35,112 nt of DNA from a virus (Duplodnaviria; Caudoviricetes): the IMG/VR virus record IMGVR_UViG_3300047403_000032, positions 1 through 35,112 of that record, one strand, 5' to 3'. Each line of letters starts with the position of its first letter. Position 1 is the stretch's first letter. Both the position numbers and the translations under genes were made by a program. Shown one piece after another: positions 1-8,633 of this stretch. The notes below the pieces were generated by a model. It did no database searches, was not told where the DNA came from, and worked only from the letters and a program-made list of their open reading frames with translations.

Positions 1-204
1 TCCTATAGGGGGGGGTCCGACACCGATCCGGTCCACCCACTAGGTTAAAAAAATTTTAGACAGCCGCCCATTGGAATGAGTGCCTTCCTAGGAACACACT
101 CATAAGTTTGGTATTAGGGGACGGGGGAAAGGGGTGAAAAGTTACAACGAAAGTGAATTATTTTCCATATTGACATATTTTAATAGGGCCTAGATGGGTT
201 GCTA

Positions 205-747
205 ATGGAACAACCAAGCCAGCGGGAGGAGGTGAAGAAGGAGATGCTCAAGGCCATTGTCGCCGCTGGGGAGAACAAGCGTAGGCTGGAGGCCATCAAT
301 CCCGAGAAGACGGCTAGGATATTGGAGATGATGTCGGAGGGTAGGAGCTGGAAGTCCATCATGCGGGATGAGAAGGTGGATTGGTACACGCTGGTGGGGC
401 TTCGGGCTAGGCACAAGGAGCTGCTGGACAAGCGCAGGGAGATAGTGGCGCAGGATGCAATGGAGTTGATTGAGGGAGCTAGGCTGTTGCAGCAGGAGAA
501 GATGAAGATGCTGGCTGAGGATGAGAGTGCGCTAAAGCGTCTTAACATCAGGGATTTGGCCATGAGCTATGGCATTTATGCCGACAAGTTCTTCATGGCT
601 ACGGATGGGAATAAGGTGGTGGTGGAGCACAAGACGGCTGCTCCCAGCCTTGAGGATGCCGTTAAGGCCATTGAGGAGGCCAAGGCCAAGCTAAAGGCCT
701 CCAGCGTGGATGTCTTGGTTAAACCTGTGGAACCAGCCCATGACTGA
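205..747 (+). CDS. terS: putative terminase small subunit
   Basis: Helical, charged ~180-aa ORF with an HTH-like segment (ILEMMSEGRSWKSIMRDEKVDWYTLVGLR) upstream of the large terminase; ATG at 205 preferred over TTG at 199. Mainly positional. Confidence 0.6.
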   Translation: MEQPSQREEVKKEMLKAIVAAGENKRRLEAINPEKTARILEMMSEGRSWKSIMRDEKVDWYTLVGLRARHKELLDKRREIVAQDAMELIEGARLLQQEKMKMLAEDESALKRLNIRDLAMSYGIYADKFFMATDGNKVVVEHKTAAPSLEDAVKAIEEAKAKLKASSVDVLVKPVEPAHD

Positions 748-1099
748 CAGGGAATGGCTAAACATGAGGGCTCTTGAGATTGGCCGCAACATGCAGCATG
801 AGCCTGAGCGCAAGCGCCTATTAAGGTCTGATTTCAAGGCCAATTCCAAGCTGCGTTGGATGTTTGGCCGGTCTGAATGGCGGGGACAGCCCTATCAGCT
901 TATTCCCAACATTCGTCTGTCCGTTGGCCGCAGTTACAACCACCACGCCTCATGCCTGTACGAGATGTATGGACTTCAGGAACTAACCATCAGGACATCA
1001 GTTGAGTTCTTCAACAGAGGCTACGAATGGAGCCTGACAATCGGCAGACGCCACAAGTCGTGGACATCCGATGTTGGAAAGCCGAATGGAAATCTGTAA
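740..1099 (+). CDS. hypothetical protein
   Basis: ATG at 740 overlaps the end of terS; 119 aa (MTDREWLNMRALEIG...). Confidence 0.55.
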   Translation: MTDREWLNMRALEIGRNMQHEPERKRLLRSDFKANSKLRWMFGRSEWRGQPYQLIPNIRLSVGRSYNHHASCLYEMYGLQELTIRTSVEFFNRGYEWSLTIGRRHKSWTSDVGKPNGNL

Positions 1100-1140
1100 G
1101 AAAAAGAGGTGCGTTTTCCTTACAAAAACAAACAAGTGGA

Positions 1141-1356
1141 ATGAAAAAGAAACCTGTTAAGAAAGCCCAGCCCGTTAAGGGTCTAAATGACGGCCAGCTC
1201 AATGGAGTGCTAATGGCCTTGCATGACTCATGCAATGACCTAGCCGACGTTGGCAGCTTGCTTCAGGCCCAAATCTCCATGCTGGAGAGTCGGATTGAGG
1301 AGCTTGAGAAGCGTCCGCCGTTTGGAAGCGTGCAGACGTTCACCTACAGCCGCTAA
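1141..1356 (+). CDS. small coiled-coil hypothetical protein
   Basis: ATG at 1141 after an A-rich leader; heptad pattern LQAQISMLESRIEELEKR; stop lies 2 nt before terL. Confidence 0.6.
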   Translation: MKKKPVKKAQPVKGLNDGQLNGVLMALHDSCNDLADVGSLLQAQISMLESRIEELEKRPPFGSVQTFTYSR

Positions 1357-1358
1357 GG

Positions 1359-2972
1359 ATGGCTCTCCTCTGGGAAAAGCATGCGGTGTTAAAGCCGCCC
1401 ACGGATGCGGAGATGGCCCTCATGGAGGCTGCGGAGCTCATCAAGCTCCACAAGCTCTACCATGAGGCCATAGCCAACGCCAAGCGCGACCCGTACAGGT
1501 ATGGGTGGGTGCTTGCCCATTGGAAGAGGGCGGAGGAGATGCTGGAGCGTTGCAGGACGCTCCTCCTGCTGGGGGCGAACAGGTCTGGCAAGACAACGTA
1601 TGGGGCTAGGTCCGTTGTGAAGGCGGCAGTGGAGAATGACAGCGCCCTCATCTATTGCTTCAGCCAGAATCAGGAGACGAGCGTCTTGGTGCAGCAGAGT
1701 GCCGTTTATGAGTATTTGCCGGTGGAGCTGAAGAAGAAGGCCACGGAAGAGACGCACTACATCAGCTATTCCATGCAGAATGGCTTTGCTGGAAACAGCC
1801 TAGTGTTCCCGAACAAGAGCCGCATCCTGTTCAAGACGTACACGCAATACCAGCAGAACCAGAGCATCCTTGAGGGCATGGAGCTGGGTTCGCTCTCCTG
1901 CAAGTGGATTAATGTTGGTTCTTGGTGTGATGAATACCTGATGGGGATGGAGATGCTTGATCGTCTCTATCTGCGTCTTGCCACTCGCAATGCCAAGCTG
2001 CTCCTGACGTTCACGCCCAAGGATGGGATGACGGAGACGGTGCGCTACTACTTGGACGGGGCAAAGACTGAGGAAAGCCGTCAGGCTGAGCTGCTGGGCG
2101 GCAGGGAGGTGCCCTACATCCAGTCTAATGCCGTCAAGAATACGGGCATTGTCTATTTCCACAGCAAGGACAATCCTTGGAGTGGGTATGAGAGCATTGC
2201 CGAGCAATGCAGGGCCAAGGGGGATGAGGCCTACACGCTGACGGCTGCTTACGGTGTTCCCACCAAGACGTACACCAGCCGCTTCCCCAACTTCTCCGTG
2301 GAGGTGAATGTCGTTCCGCACGACAAGATGCCCAACAGGGATGTGACGAAGTATATGATTCTTGATCCTGCTGGCAGGAAGAATTGGTTCATGGCTTGGA
2401 TTGCCGTGGATCAGACGGACACATGGTGGGTGTACAGGGAATGGCCTGACGTGTCCTATGGCGATTGGGCCGAGATGCGTGGAGGCAAATGGGGACAGGG
2501 TGCTGGATGCAAGGGGCTTGGCTACGGCATCCGCGACTACGTTGACCTCATCACCGGCCTTGAGGATGAGACGGCTGACAATCCATTTGAACGCCTCATT
2601 GACCCGCGCCTTGGCAGTCAGAAATACCAGACACAGAGCGGGGCTTCTTCCATCATAGAAGACCTGAGCGACGCTGGCTTGATATTCCTACCAGCCCCCG
2701 GCTTGGACATTGAGGACGGGCTACAGGCATTGCAGACAAAGATGGCCTACAATCGCAAGGCCCCGATGGATAGCCTCAATCGTCCCCACTTCTACGTTTC
2801 CGAACGCTGCCAGAACATCATTACGGCCATTCAGGAGTACACGGCTGAAGGCGGCTTGGACGAGGCGTGGAAGGACCCCATCGACGTTCTACGCTATGCA
2901 GCCATTGCCGACATTCGTTACATCAATCCAGCAGACATGGCCGTAAAGCGGTCTGCCAATCAAGCCTACTAA
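1359..2972 (+). CDS. terL: terminase large subunit
   Basis: Walker A GANRSGKT, Walker B-like WCDE, coupling motif LLLTFTP, RNase H-like nuclease motifs ILDPAG and DPIDVLRY; 537 aa. Confidence 0.93.
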   Translation: MALLWEKHAVLKPPTDAEMALMEAAELIKLHKLYHEAIANAKRDPYRYGWVLAHWKRAEEMLERCRTLLLLGANRSGKTTYGARSVVKAAVENDSALIYCFSQNQETSVLVQQSAVYEYLPVELKKKATEETHYISYSMQNGFAGNSLVFPNKSRILFKTYTQYQQNQSILEGMELGSLSCKWINVGSWCDEYLMGMEMLDRLYLRLATRNAKLLLTFTPKDGMTETVRYYLDGAKTEESRQAELLGGREVPYIQSNAVKNTGIVYFHSKDNPWSGYESIAEQCRAKGDEAYTLTAAYGVPTKTYTSRFPNFSVEVNVVPHDKMPNRDVTKYMILDPAGRKNWFMAWIAVDQTDTWWVYREWPDVSYGDWAEMRGGKWGQGAGCKGLGYGIRDYVDLITGLEDETADNPFERLIDPRLGSQKYQTQSGASSIIEDLSDAGLIFLPAPGLDIEDGLQALQTKMAYNRKAPMDSLNRPHFYVSERCQNIITAIQEYTAEGGLDEAWKDPIDVLRYAAIADIRYINPADMAVKRSANQAY

Positions 2973-3352
2973 TGCACATATCATTCAAGCAAATGGCCGC
3001 TGAGCTCGGCCTCAAGAACCACCAGCTTCTAAAGCTCCGTAAGGAGAAGCTGTCTGAAGATGAATGGGGAAAGGATGAGAACGGGGCTTGGTTTACGGAG
3101 CAAGGGGCCGAGAAGCTGCGCCTATACAAGGAAGTTCCGCTGGCTGTGCCTACGCGGATGCAGGTGAAGGTGATTAGACGCGCCCCCAATCCACATTGGG
3201 TGTATGCCTTTTTTGGCAAGGACATACCACTCAAACCCGTAGCCATAAGACCGAGCTGGTGTGATAGGCTTATTGGCAAAACAATCTACGTCAACATCAT
3301 CAAGGACGCGAACGGCGGAACTACCTATCGGCATGAGGCGCTCGGAAAGTGA
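2972..3352 (+). CDS. hypothetical protein, possible N-terminal HTH
   Basis: TAATG stop/start overlap with terL; begins ISFKQMAAELGLKNHQLLKLRK. Confidence 0.65.
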   Translation: MHISFKQMAAELGLKNHQLLKLRKEKLSEDEWGKDENGAWFTEQGAEKLRLYKEVPLAVPTRMQVKVIRRAPNPHWVYAFFGKDIPLKPVAIRPSWCDRLIGKTIYVNIIKDANGGTTYRHEALGK

Positions 3353-3554
3353 CATTACATTGTCTCCCGAGTGGCAAGCCGAGCAGATGGACCGCCTTCT
3401 CGGATTTGAGATTTTGACCAGAGCCTTGACGGCCCGCTACCACCCCATTCCTCCAGAGCTTCTGGCGGACAAGGTGGGGGCCAACAAGGGACTTACCAAT
3501 TCCATCATCGTCAAAATCCAGCGCAACCTGAATGAAAAGCAACGACCAGATTGA
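3333..3554 (+). CDS. hypothetical protein
   Basis: Fills the gap before the portal and overlaps both neighbours; start uncertain (3333 or 3387). Confidence 0.5.
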   Translation: MRRSESDITLSPEWQAEQMDRLLGFEILTRALTARYHPIPPELLADKVGANKGLTNSIIVKIQRNLNEKQRPD

Positions 3555-5607
3555 GTCCCTGACATTTGTGCAGGGAAAGCCTGATGTGCCCGCGCTGAAG
3601 AACGCCTACGACCGCACCATCGGGGACCTCGACTGGTATTTGCAGAGCACCCGCGATTCGTTCGACTATCGCCGCAACATCTGGCCGGGAAAGTCGAAGG
3701 ACCTTCGCAAGCATGGCGCTGACGCCTTCCCGTTTGAAGGGGCTTCGGATACGGAGGTGGGGTTGATTGACGAGCGCATCAACACCTACGTCTCGTTATG
3801 CATTGAGGCGATGGAACGGGCCAACATCCGTGCCTATCCGGTGGAGATTGGAGATATGTCGCGTGCCCGCGTCACGTCCGCCTTCCTGAAGTGGATGAAG
3901 GCGTCCTACATCAAGGACTTCAGGCGTCAGATGGAGCTGGGCTGCAACTACCTGTTTGAGCGCGGCATCATGGTGACATACGTTGGCTGGCGCAAGGAGG
4001 ACCGCACCTTCCTTCAGAAGCTCGACTTGCAGCAGATTGCCCAGATTAGTCCAGACTTGGCTCGTCTGATTCAGGACGGGAAGGTGGACGAGCAGATTGC
4101 CGAACTCCTGAAGCAGCAGTTTAAGGGCGTTACGGATGCCCGTGCGAAGAAGGCCATCAAGCAGCTCCGAAAGGAGGGCATGGCCGAACTACCTGTGGTT
4201 AGGCAATCGGTGAACGCGCCGAACGTATGTTCACTGGCTCCGGATGGCGACGTATTCTTCCCTGCCTACACCACAGATTATCAAAAGGCTCCCTATTGCT
4301 TCTGGCGCGTCCTGATGACGGCTCAGGAGTTGAAGAACAAGGTGAGCACGGAGGGTTGGGATGAGGAGTGGGTGGATGAAATCATCAGCCGTTACGCCAC
4401 GTCCATCAACCTTTCCGACCCACGCACCAACACCGAGACGGCCCGCATGCCGTCCGAACAGACGGAGGAGCTGTTTGAGATAGTGTATGCCTATCAGCGG
4501 CTCATTTCACCCGAGGACAACTCCGAGGGCATCTACTGCACAGTGTTCCATCCGACGTTTTACGGCACCACGGATGATCCGCGCTACGCCAAGCATGAGC
4601 TTTTGAACGGGTATGATGACTATCCGTTCGTTGTCACCAAGCTGAGCGAGGACAACAAGCGCCTGTACGAGCTGGCCACGGTGCCAGAGCAGCTTCGCGG
4701 GTTGCAGTGGGGAGTGAAGGCCGAGCGTGATAGCCGCACCGACCGCAATAGCATGGCCACGCTGCCTCCCATCATGCACCCCGTTGGGCTTCCGCCCACG
4801 GATTGGGGTCCAGGTGCCCGTGTCCCCTATCGCCGCCCCGGCGAGATTCAGTTTGGCCCTGTTCCACCGTACAACCCCGGCTCAGTGGAGCTGGAACGGA
4901 CGATGATGGATCAGGCCGACCGCATCATGGGATTGGATCATAACAACCCCATGTCGCGTATTCGTCAGCAGCACTACGTTGACAAGTTCTTGGGCCACGT
5001 TCGTGACGTGCTGAAGCTGTCTTTCAAGTGCTATCAGCGTTTTGGCCCTGAGCAGGTGTTCTTCCGTGTCACGGGAACGTCCGATCCCATCCGCTACGAC
5101 CGTGGAGACCCGAATGAGGACTTCGACATCAGCATCAGCTTTGATGTCCTCAACACCGATCCTGAAACCCTAGAAGCCCAGCTTCAGCGGTTTGTCAGCC
5201 TCGTCCAGCTCGACCGCAACGGCAGGATGAACATGGACATGCTGCTTGAGGCCTTGGCTGTTTCAGTGAATCCTGCATTGGCTGATGCTGTTTTGCAGCC
5301 CGCTGGTGAGGCGCAGCAGCAGATTGTGAAGCAGGTGACGGACGACCTGTCGAAGATTTACGCTGGTATCGAGGTGGGTGCGCGGCCCAACGGTGCTCAG
5401 ATTGCATTGCAGGTGATGCAACAGTATGCCCAACAGCCTGACGTGATGCAGCGCTTGCAGCAGGACGAGGCCTTCAAGGCGCGCATTGAGAAGTACGCCC
5501 AGCAGTATCAGTTCCAGATGCAACAGGCCCAGAACGCCCAGATTGGGCGTCTAGGCACTGCTCCTGCCCAAATGGGGCAGGTGAACACTCAGGCCATGAT
5601 GACCTGA
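3532..5607 (+). CDS. portal protein
   Basis: 691 aa downstream of terL; features typical of P22/podovirus-like portals (DAFPFEGASD, GIMVTYVGW, YPFVV, Q-rich C-terminal region). Confidence 0.88.
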   Translation: MKSNDQIESLTFVQGKPDVPALKNAYDRTIGDLDWYLQSTRDSFDYRRNIWPGKSKDLRKHGADAFPFEGASDTEVGLIDERINTYVSLCIEAMERANIRAYPVEIGDMSRARVTSAFLKWMKASYIKDFRRQMELGCNYLFERGIMVTYVGWRKEDRTFLQKLDLQQIAQISPDLARLIQDGKVDEQIAELLKQQFKGVTDARAKKAIKQLRKEGMAELPVVRQSVNAPNVCSLAPDGDVFFPAYTTDYQKAPYCFWRVLMTAQELKNKVSTEGWDEEWVDEIISRYATSINLSDPRTNTETARMPSEQTEELFEIVYAYQRLISPEDNSEGIYCTVFHPTFYGTTDDPRYAKHELLNGYDDYPFVVTKLSEDNKRLYELATVPEQLRGLQWGVKAERDSRTDRNSMATLPPIMHPVGLPPTDWGPGARVPYRRPGEIQFGPVPPYNPGSVELERTMMDQADRIMGLDHNNPMSRIRQQHYVDKFLGHVRDVLKLSFKCYQRFGPEQVFFRVTGTSDPIRYDRGDPNEDFDISISFDVLNTDPETLEAQLQRFVSLVQLDRNGRMNMDMLLEALAVSVNPALADAVLQPAGEAQQQIVKQVTDDLSKIYAGIEVGARPNGAQIALQVMQQYAQQPDVMQRLQQDEAFKARIEKYAQQYQFQMQQAQNAQIGRLGTAPAQMGQVNTQAMMT

Positions 5608-5829
5608 CTAGCGTCGTAGGTCACTAAACCGCCCCTTCAGCTCCTTGTGCTTCCCAACGGACAGCACCTCGTCCAAGGCGAGGATGCGTCCGCTGAGCTG
5701 TTGGAGGCGGTCGGTGCCCACGTCGTGCATCTGACTGATGCACCATTCGCGGCTTTCCGCGATGTAGTTGAGGAAAGCGAGGAAGTCTTCGCTGTTATGC
5801 AGACGCTCTAGTGCCTTTTCTTCGATCAT
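5608..5829 (-). CDS. small helical protein resembling the usual post-portal protein (Bbp19-like), here on the opposite strand
   Basis: 73 aa (LHNSEDFLAFLNYIAESREWCISQMH...LQQLSGRILALDEVL); its stop abuts the portal stop. Family resemblance is from recall only. Confidence 0.7.
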   Translation of the reverse strand: MIEEKALERLHNSEDFLAFLNYIAESREWCISQMHDVGTDRLQQLSGRILALDEVLSVGKHKELKGRFSDLRR

Positions 5830-5833
5830 AGGA

Positions 5834-5973
5834 TGGAGGGGTCATAAGCAGGACTCCAACCTGCATTTCCGCCTCACCCCCGATTGGCCTTTCCACGGCA
5901 TGGCAGCCGTGATTCCGGTGGGCCGCTAACGTCTTAGCTGGCGGCGTGCTCTGCTTTGCACCATTATGATCCC
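5834..5973 (-). ncRNA. tRNA-like RNA with extended acceptor stem and expanded anticodon arm
   Basis: Minus strand: GGGAUCAUAA/UUAUGACCCC stem then U-CCA; U8G9; D-arm GUGC-AAAGCAGA-GCAC; CCGCC/GGCGG stem around a 66-nt insert; variable AAAU; T-arm GCAGG-UUGGAGU-CCUGC. Confidence 0.8.
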
Positions 5974-5978
5974 ATGTA

Positions 5979-6010
5979 ATTATCGCATAGTATTGGGATG
6001 GAACGGTCAA
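5979..6010 (-). promoter_or_regulatory. putative promoter for the tRNA-like RNA and small gene
   Basis: TG-C-GATAAT extended -10 ends 5 nt before the first G of the RNA; TTGACC lies 20 nt further upstream (non-optimal spacing). Confidence 0.5.
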
Positions 6011-6025
6011 GCACCAAACTGAATA

Positions 6026-6034
6026 TGCTAGGAT
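6026..6034 (+). promoter_or_regulatory. putative extended -10 promoter for the scaffold/capsid operon
   Basis: TGCTAGGAT about 50 nt upstream of the scaffold ATG; the motif recurs elsewhere in the window. Confidence 0.55.
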
Positions 6035-6083
6035 GCGCCTAACGCAGACGCCGATGGCGAAAAGACGGCGGAATACATCCCTT

Positions 6084-7151
6084 ATGTCAGAAGACGCTAC
6101 GTCCAGCGCGGCAGACGTTAAACCAGCCGTGGAAAACAAGTCGATGTCGGACAAGGACTTCCTGTCCAACCGCATCGCCAAGCTATCCGCCAAGGCCCAA
6201 CCGGCTGAGGCCAAGAAGCCTGAATCGGCTCCAGCAGGAGAAGCTCCCAAGGCGGAACCTCCCTCACAGGAGGGCGAATCCCAACCGAAGGAAGCCGATC
6301 CCAAGGAGGTTCTTTCAAAAGACGTTGGTGAACTAACCGATGAAGAGATTGCCGAGCTTGCCCAACGCGGCAAGAGCGGACTGTTGAAGCGTATTGCTGA
6401 ACTTACGGCCAAGCGAAAGCTGGCCGAGGAGAAGGCATCTGCCCTTGAGGCTGCGATTCAACAGGCTCAACAGCAACTCCCTGAGGCGAAGATTGAGAAT
6501 AATCCTTATTCCTCAATCGCCACCGAAGAGGAGCTGGCAAAGGAGAAGGCCGAGGTGGATTCCTTCGTGGAATTTGCCGAGGACGTGCTCTTCAGGTCAG
6601 AGGACCTTGGTGCTGATGATGTCGCCTACGAAAGCGATGGAAAGCAGTATTCCAAGGCAGCGGTTAGGGAAATGCTCCGAAATGCCCGCAGACGCCAGAC
6701 GAAGTTCATTCCAGCTCAATTCAAGGAGCTGCAAGAACGTCAGAAGCGTTCGCTCATGGAGGAGAATTTCAAGAAGCTGGCCAAGCAGGAGCTCTCTTGG
6801 ATGGACGGTGAGGACAATGACACCCGTAAGCGTTTTGAGGCGATGGTGAATGACCCTCGTCTCAAGAAGATGAAGGAGTCAGTGCCCGAAATCGCGCCTC
6901 AGATTGAGTATCTGGTAGCGCATGCGGCTAATTCCATCTACGGGCGCAAGCTCATCAGCATGGACGACAAGCCAAAGGCTCCCGCCATCAATCCTCCATC
7001 CAGCCCCAACGCCGTCGCTGCTGCTCCTGAACGCACGGAATCCCGTGCCGAAAAGAGCATCAAGGACATTGAAAGCCGATTTAAGCAAACAGGAAGCTCT
7101 AGCGACTTCATCGCCCTCCGTGCAGCTCAAATCTCCAAACGTAAAACCTAA
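6084..7151 (+). CDS. capsid scaffolding protein
   Basis: Acidic and proline-rich N-terminus, coiled coil KRIAELTAKRKLAEEK, directly before the MCP; ATG at 6084. Confidence 0.8.
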   Translation: MSEDATSSAADVKPAVENKSMSDKDFLSNRIAKLSAKAQPAEAKKPESAPAGEAPKAEPPSQEGESQPKEADPKEVLSKDVGELTDEEIAELAQRGKSGLLKRIAELTAKRKLAEEKASALEAAIQQAQQQLPEAKIENNPYSSIATEEELAKEKAEVDSFVEFAEDVLFRSEDLGADDVAYESDGKQYSKAAVREMLRNARRRQTKFIPAQFKELQERQKRSLMEENFKKLAKQELSWMDGEDNDTRKRFEAMVNDPRLKKMKESVPEIAPQIEYLVAHAANSIYGRKLISMDDKPKAPAINPPSSPNAVAAAPERTESRAEKSIKDIESRFKQTGSSSDFIALRAAQISKRKT

Positions 7152-7157
7152 TTAGTT

Positions 7158-8138
7158 ATGTCGTTCTCAAATACCTACGATACTACCTCCCCCGGTAGCG
7201 CGGCCCTCAATCGTGAGGACCTTCAGGACGCTATGTCCATGCTGGCTCCGTCTGAGACCCCCGTTCTCAGCTCGGCTGATAAGTTCAAGTGCTCCGCCAC
7301 CTTCGTGGAGTGGGGCGTTGACAAGCTCTCCACCCCGTCGTCCACGGCGGTGAGCGAGGGTGCTGATGTCACCGACTTCGATGACAAGTTTGAGTCGGTG
7401 GCGCGTCTGGGCAATTATGTCCAGAAGCTCCGTCGTTCCTATCGCGTGTCCGACCTCCAGCAGGCTGTTTCCTCGGTTGGTCCGCAGGACATCGCCCGCG
7501 CTGAGATGAAGGCCGTGAAGGAACTGAAGCGTGACGTGGAGAAGACCCTCCTCGGCACTCAGGACCGTGCGGCTGAGAATGGTGGCGGCACCGCCTACAC
7601 CATGCGCGGCATTGGCGATTGGATTGACTCGGCTGGCCCGGCGGATGTCCCCTCGGACTACCGCACGCCCGCTGGCTCCATCCATGCGTCTGGCACCTTC
7701 AGCGAGACCGTTCTGAATAACCTCATCACGTCGATCTATCGCGTGTCGGGTGTGACGAACAGCCTCACGCTGGTGGCGGACACCGCCCTTCGTCGGGTCA
7801 TCAGCGACTTTGCTCGCGCTGACTCCTCGACTGGCCCGATCCGCCAGTTCACCGCCCCGCAGGGCTCCAGCCTCATCAAGCTGTCGGTTGGGCAGTATCA
7901 GTCGGATCACGGCATTGTCACCATCGTTGACATGAACCCCGACTGCGCTCCTGACACCACGAACAAGGACACGGGTTATCTCGTCAATCCTGAGTATTAC
8001 GCGGTTGGCGAGCTCATCCCGCTCGGCAGCACCCGCCTCCCGAACCTCGGTGGTGGTGAGCGTGGCTATGTTGACTGGACCGGCACCCTCAAGGTGGCGC
8101 ATCCGGGCGCGCATGGCAAGATCACGACCCTGACCTGA
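7158..8138 (+). CDS. major capsid protein (DUF5309/SU10-like HK97 fold)
   Basis: NREDL...PSETP...EW.VD.L...EGAD...RLGNYVQ...ELKRDVE motifs; strong C/G-ending codon bias; 326 aa. Confidence 0.9.
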   Translation: MSFSNTYDTTSPGSAALNREDLQDAMSMLAPSETPVLSSADKFKCSATFVEWGVDKLSTPSSTAVSEGADVTDFDDKFESVARLGNYVQKLRRSYRVSDLQQAVSSVGPQDIARAEMKAVKELKRDVEKTLLGTQDRAAENGGGTAYTMRGIGDWIDSAGPADVPSDYRTPAGSIHASGTFSETVLNNLITSIYRVSGVTNSLTLVADTALRRVISDFARADSSTGPIRQFTAPQGSSLIKLSVGQYQSDHGIVTIVDMNPDCAPDTTNKDTGYLVNPEYYAVGELIPLGSTRLPNLGGGERGYVDWTGTLKVAHPGAHGKITTLT

Positions 8139-8162
8139 ACCTGAACCAAGGAGGACAATACA

Positions 8163-8609
8163 ATGGCTAAAGTTGCTGTAAACGAACTCGGCTCCTTCAC
8201 GGATGTCGTCAAGCTGGACTTCAATGACCTGATTGCTATCGGTAACGGTGGTACTCGCGTCATTGCGAAGATTCCCGCTCACGGTGCGGTGGAACTGGTT
8301 GGTGTCGCCAATACGGTGGACATCGCTGGCTCTTCCTCGCTGGTAATTGACGTTGGCACCACGCTGGCTGATCCCGACGAGTTCATCAATGCGCTCGACG
8401 TGGACGCCATGACGGTTCCTGCGTTCAACACGGGCGACCAGTACACGGCTGGCACCACGGTGAGCACCACTGGCCTGTCTCAGGCCGTGAAGCCGGTTGC
8501 CTCGGAAACCGACGTGTACATCAAGGTGACGGATTCGGCTATCGCCTCCCTGACGGCTGGCGAAATCGTCATCGGTCTGCGTATCATTGATCTGGCGAAG
8601 TTCGCCTGA
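8163..8609 (+). CDS. putative capsid decoration/cement protein
   Basis: Beta-rich 148 aa after the MCP, strong SD AAGGAGG, followed by a terminator. Confidence 0.7.
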   Translation: MAKVAVNELGSFTDVVKLDFNDLIAIGNGGTRVIAKIPAHGAVELVGVANTVDIAGSSSLVIDVGTTLADPDEFINALDVDAMTVPAFNTGDQYTAGTTVSTTGLSQAVKPVASETDVYIKVTDSAIASLTAGEIVIGLRIIDLAKFA

Positions 8610-8633
8610 TCTACCACGATACGCTGCTAGAAT

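Noticed and set aside
5834-5973. Canonical tRNA, tmRNA or intron-containing tRNA
   Set aside because: The acceptor stem is too long and no 7-nt anticodon loop sits on the anticodon stem. There is no G3:U70 pair or tag ORF, and the insert is too short for a self-splicing intron.
5600-6015. Recombinase-driven invertible segment
   Set aside because: No convincing inverted repeats at the two ends and no invertase in the window.
5795-6412. 205-aa minus-strand ORF spanning the tRNA-like RNA
   Set aside because: Mostly antisense to the scaffold gene, crosses both promoters and has implausible composition.
8136-8165. Read-through fusion of the MCP to the decoration protein (same frame, 24-nt gap)
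   Set aside because: Two in-frame TGA stops (TGA ACC TGA), and the downstream gene has its own strong SD.
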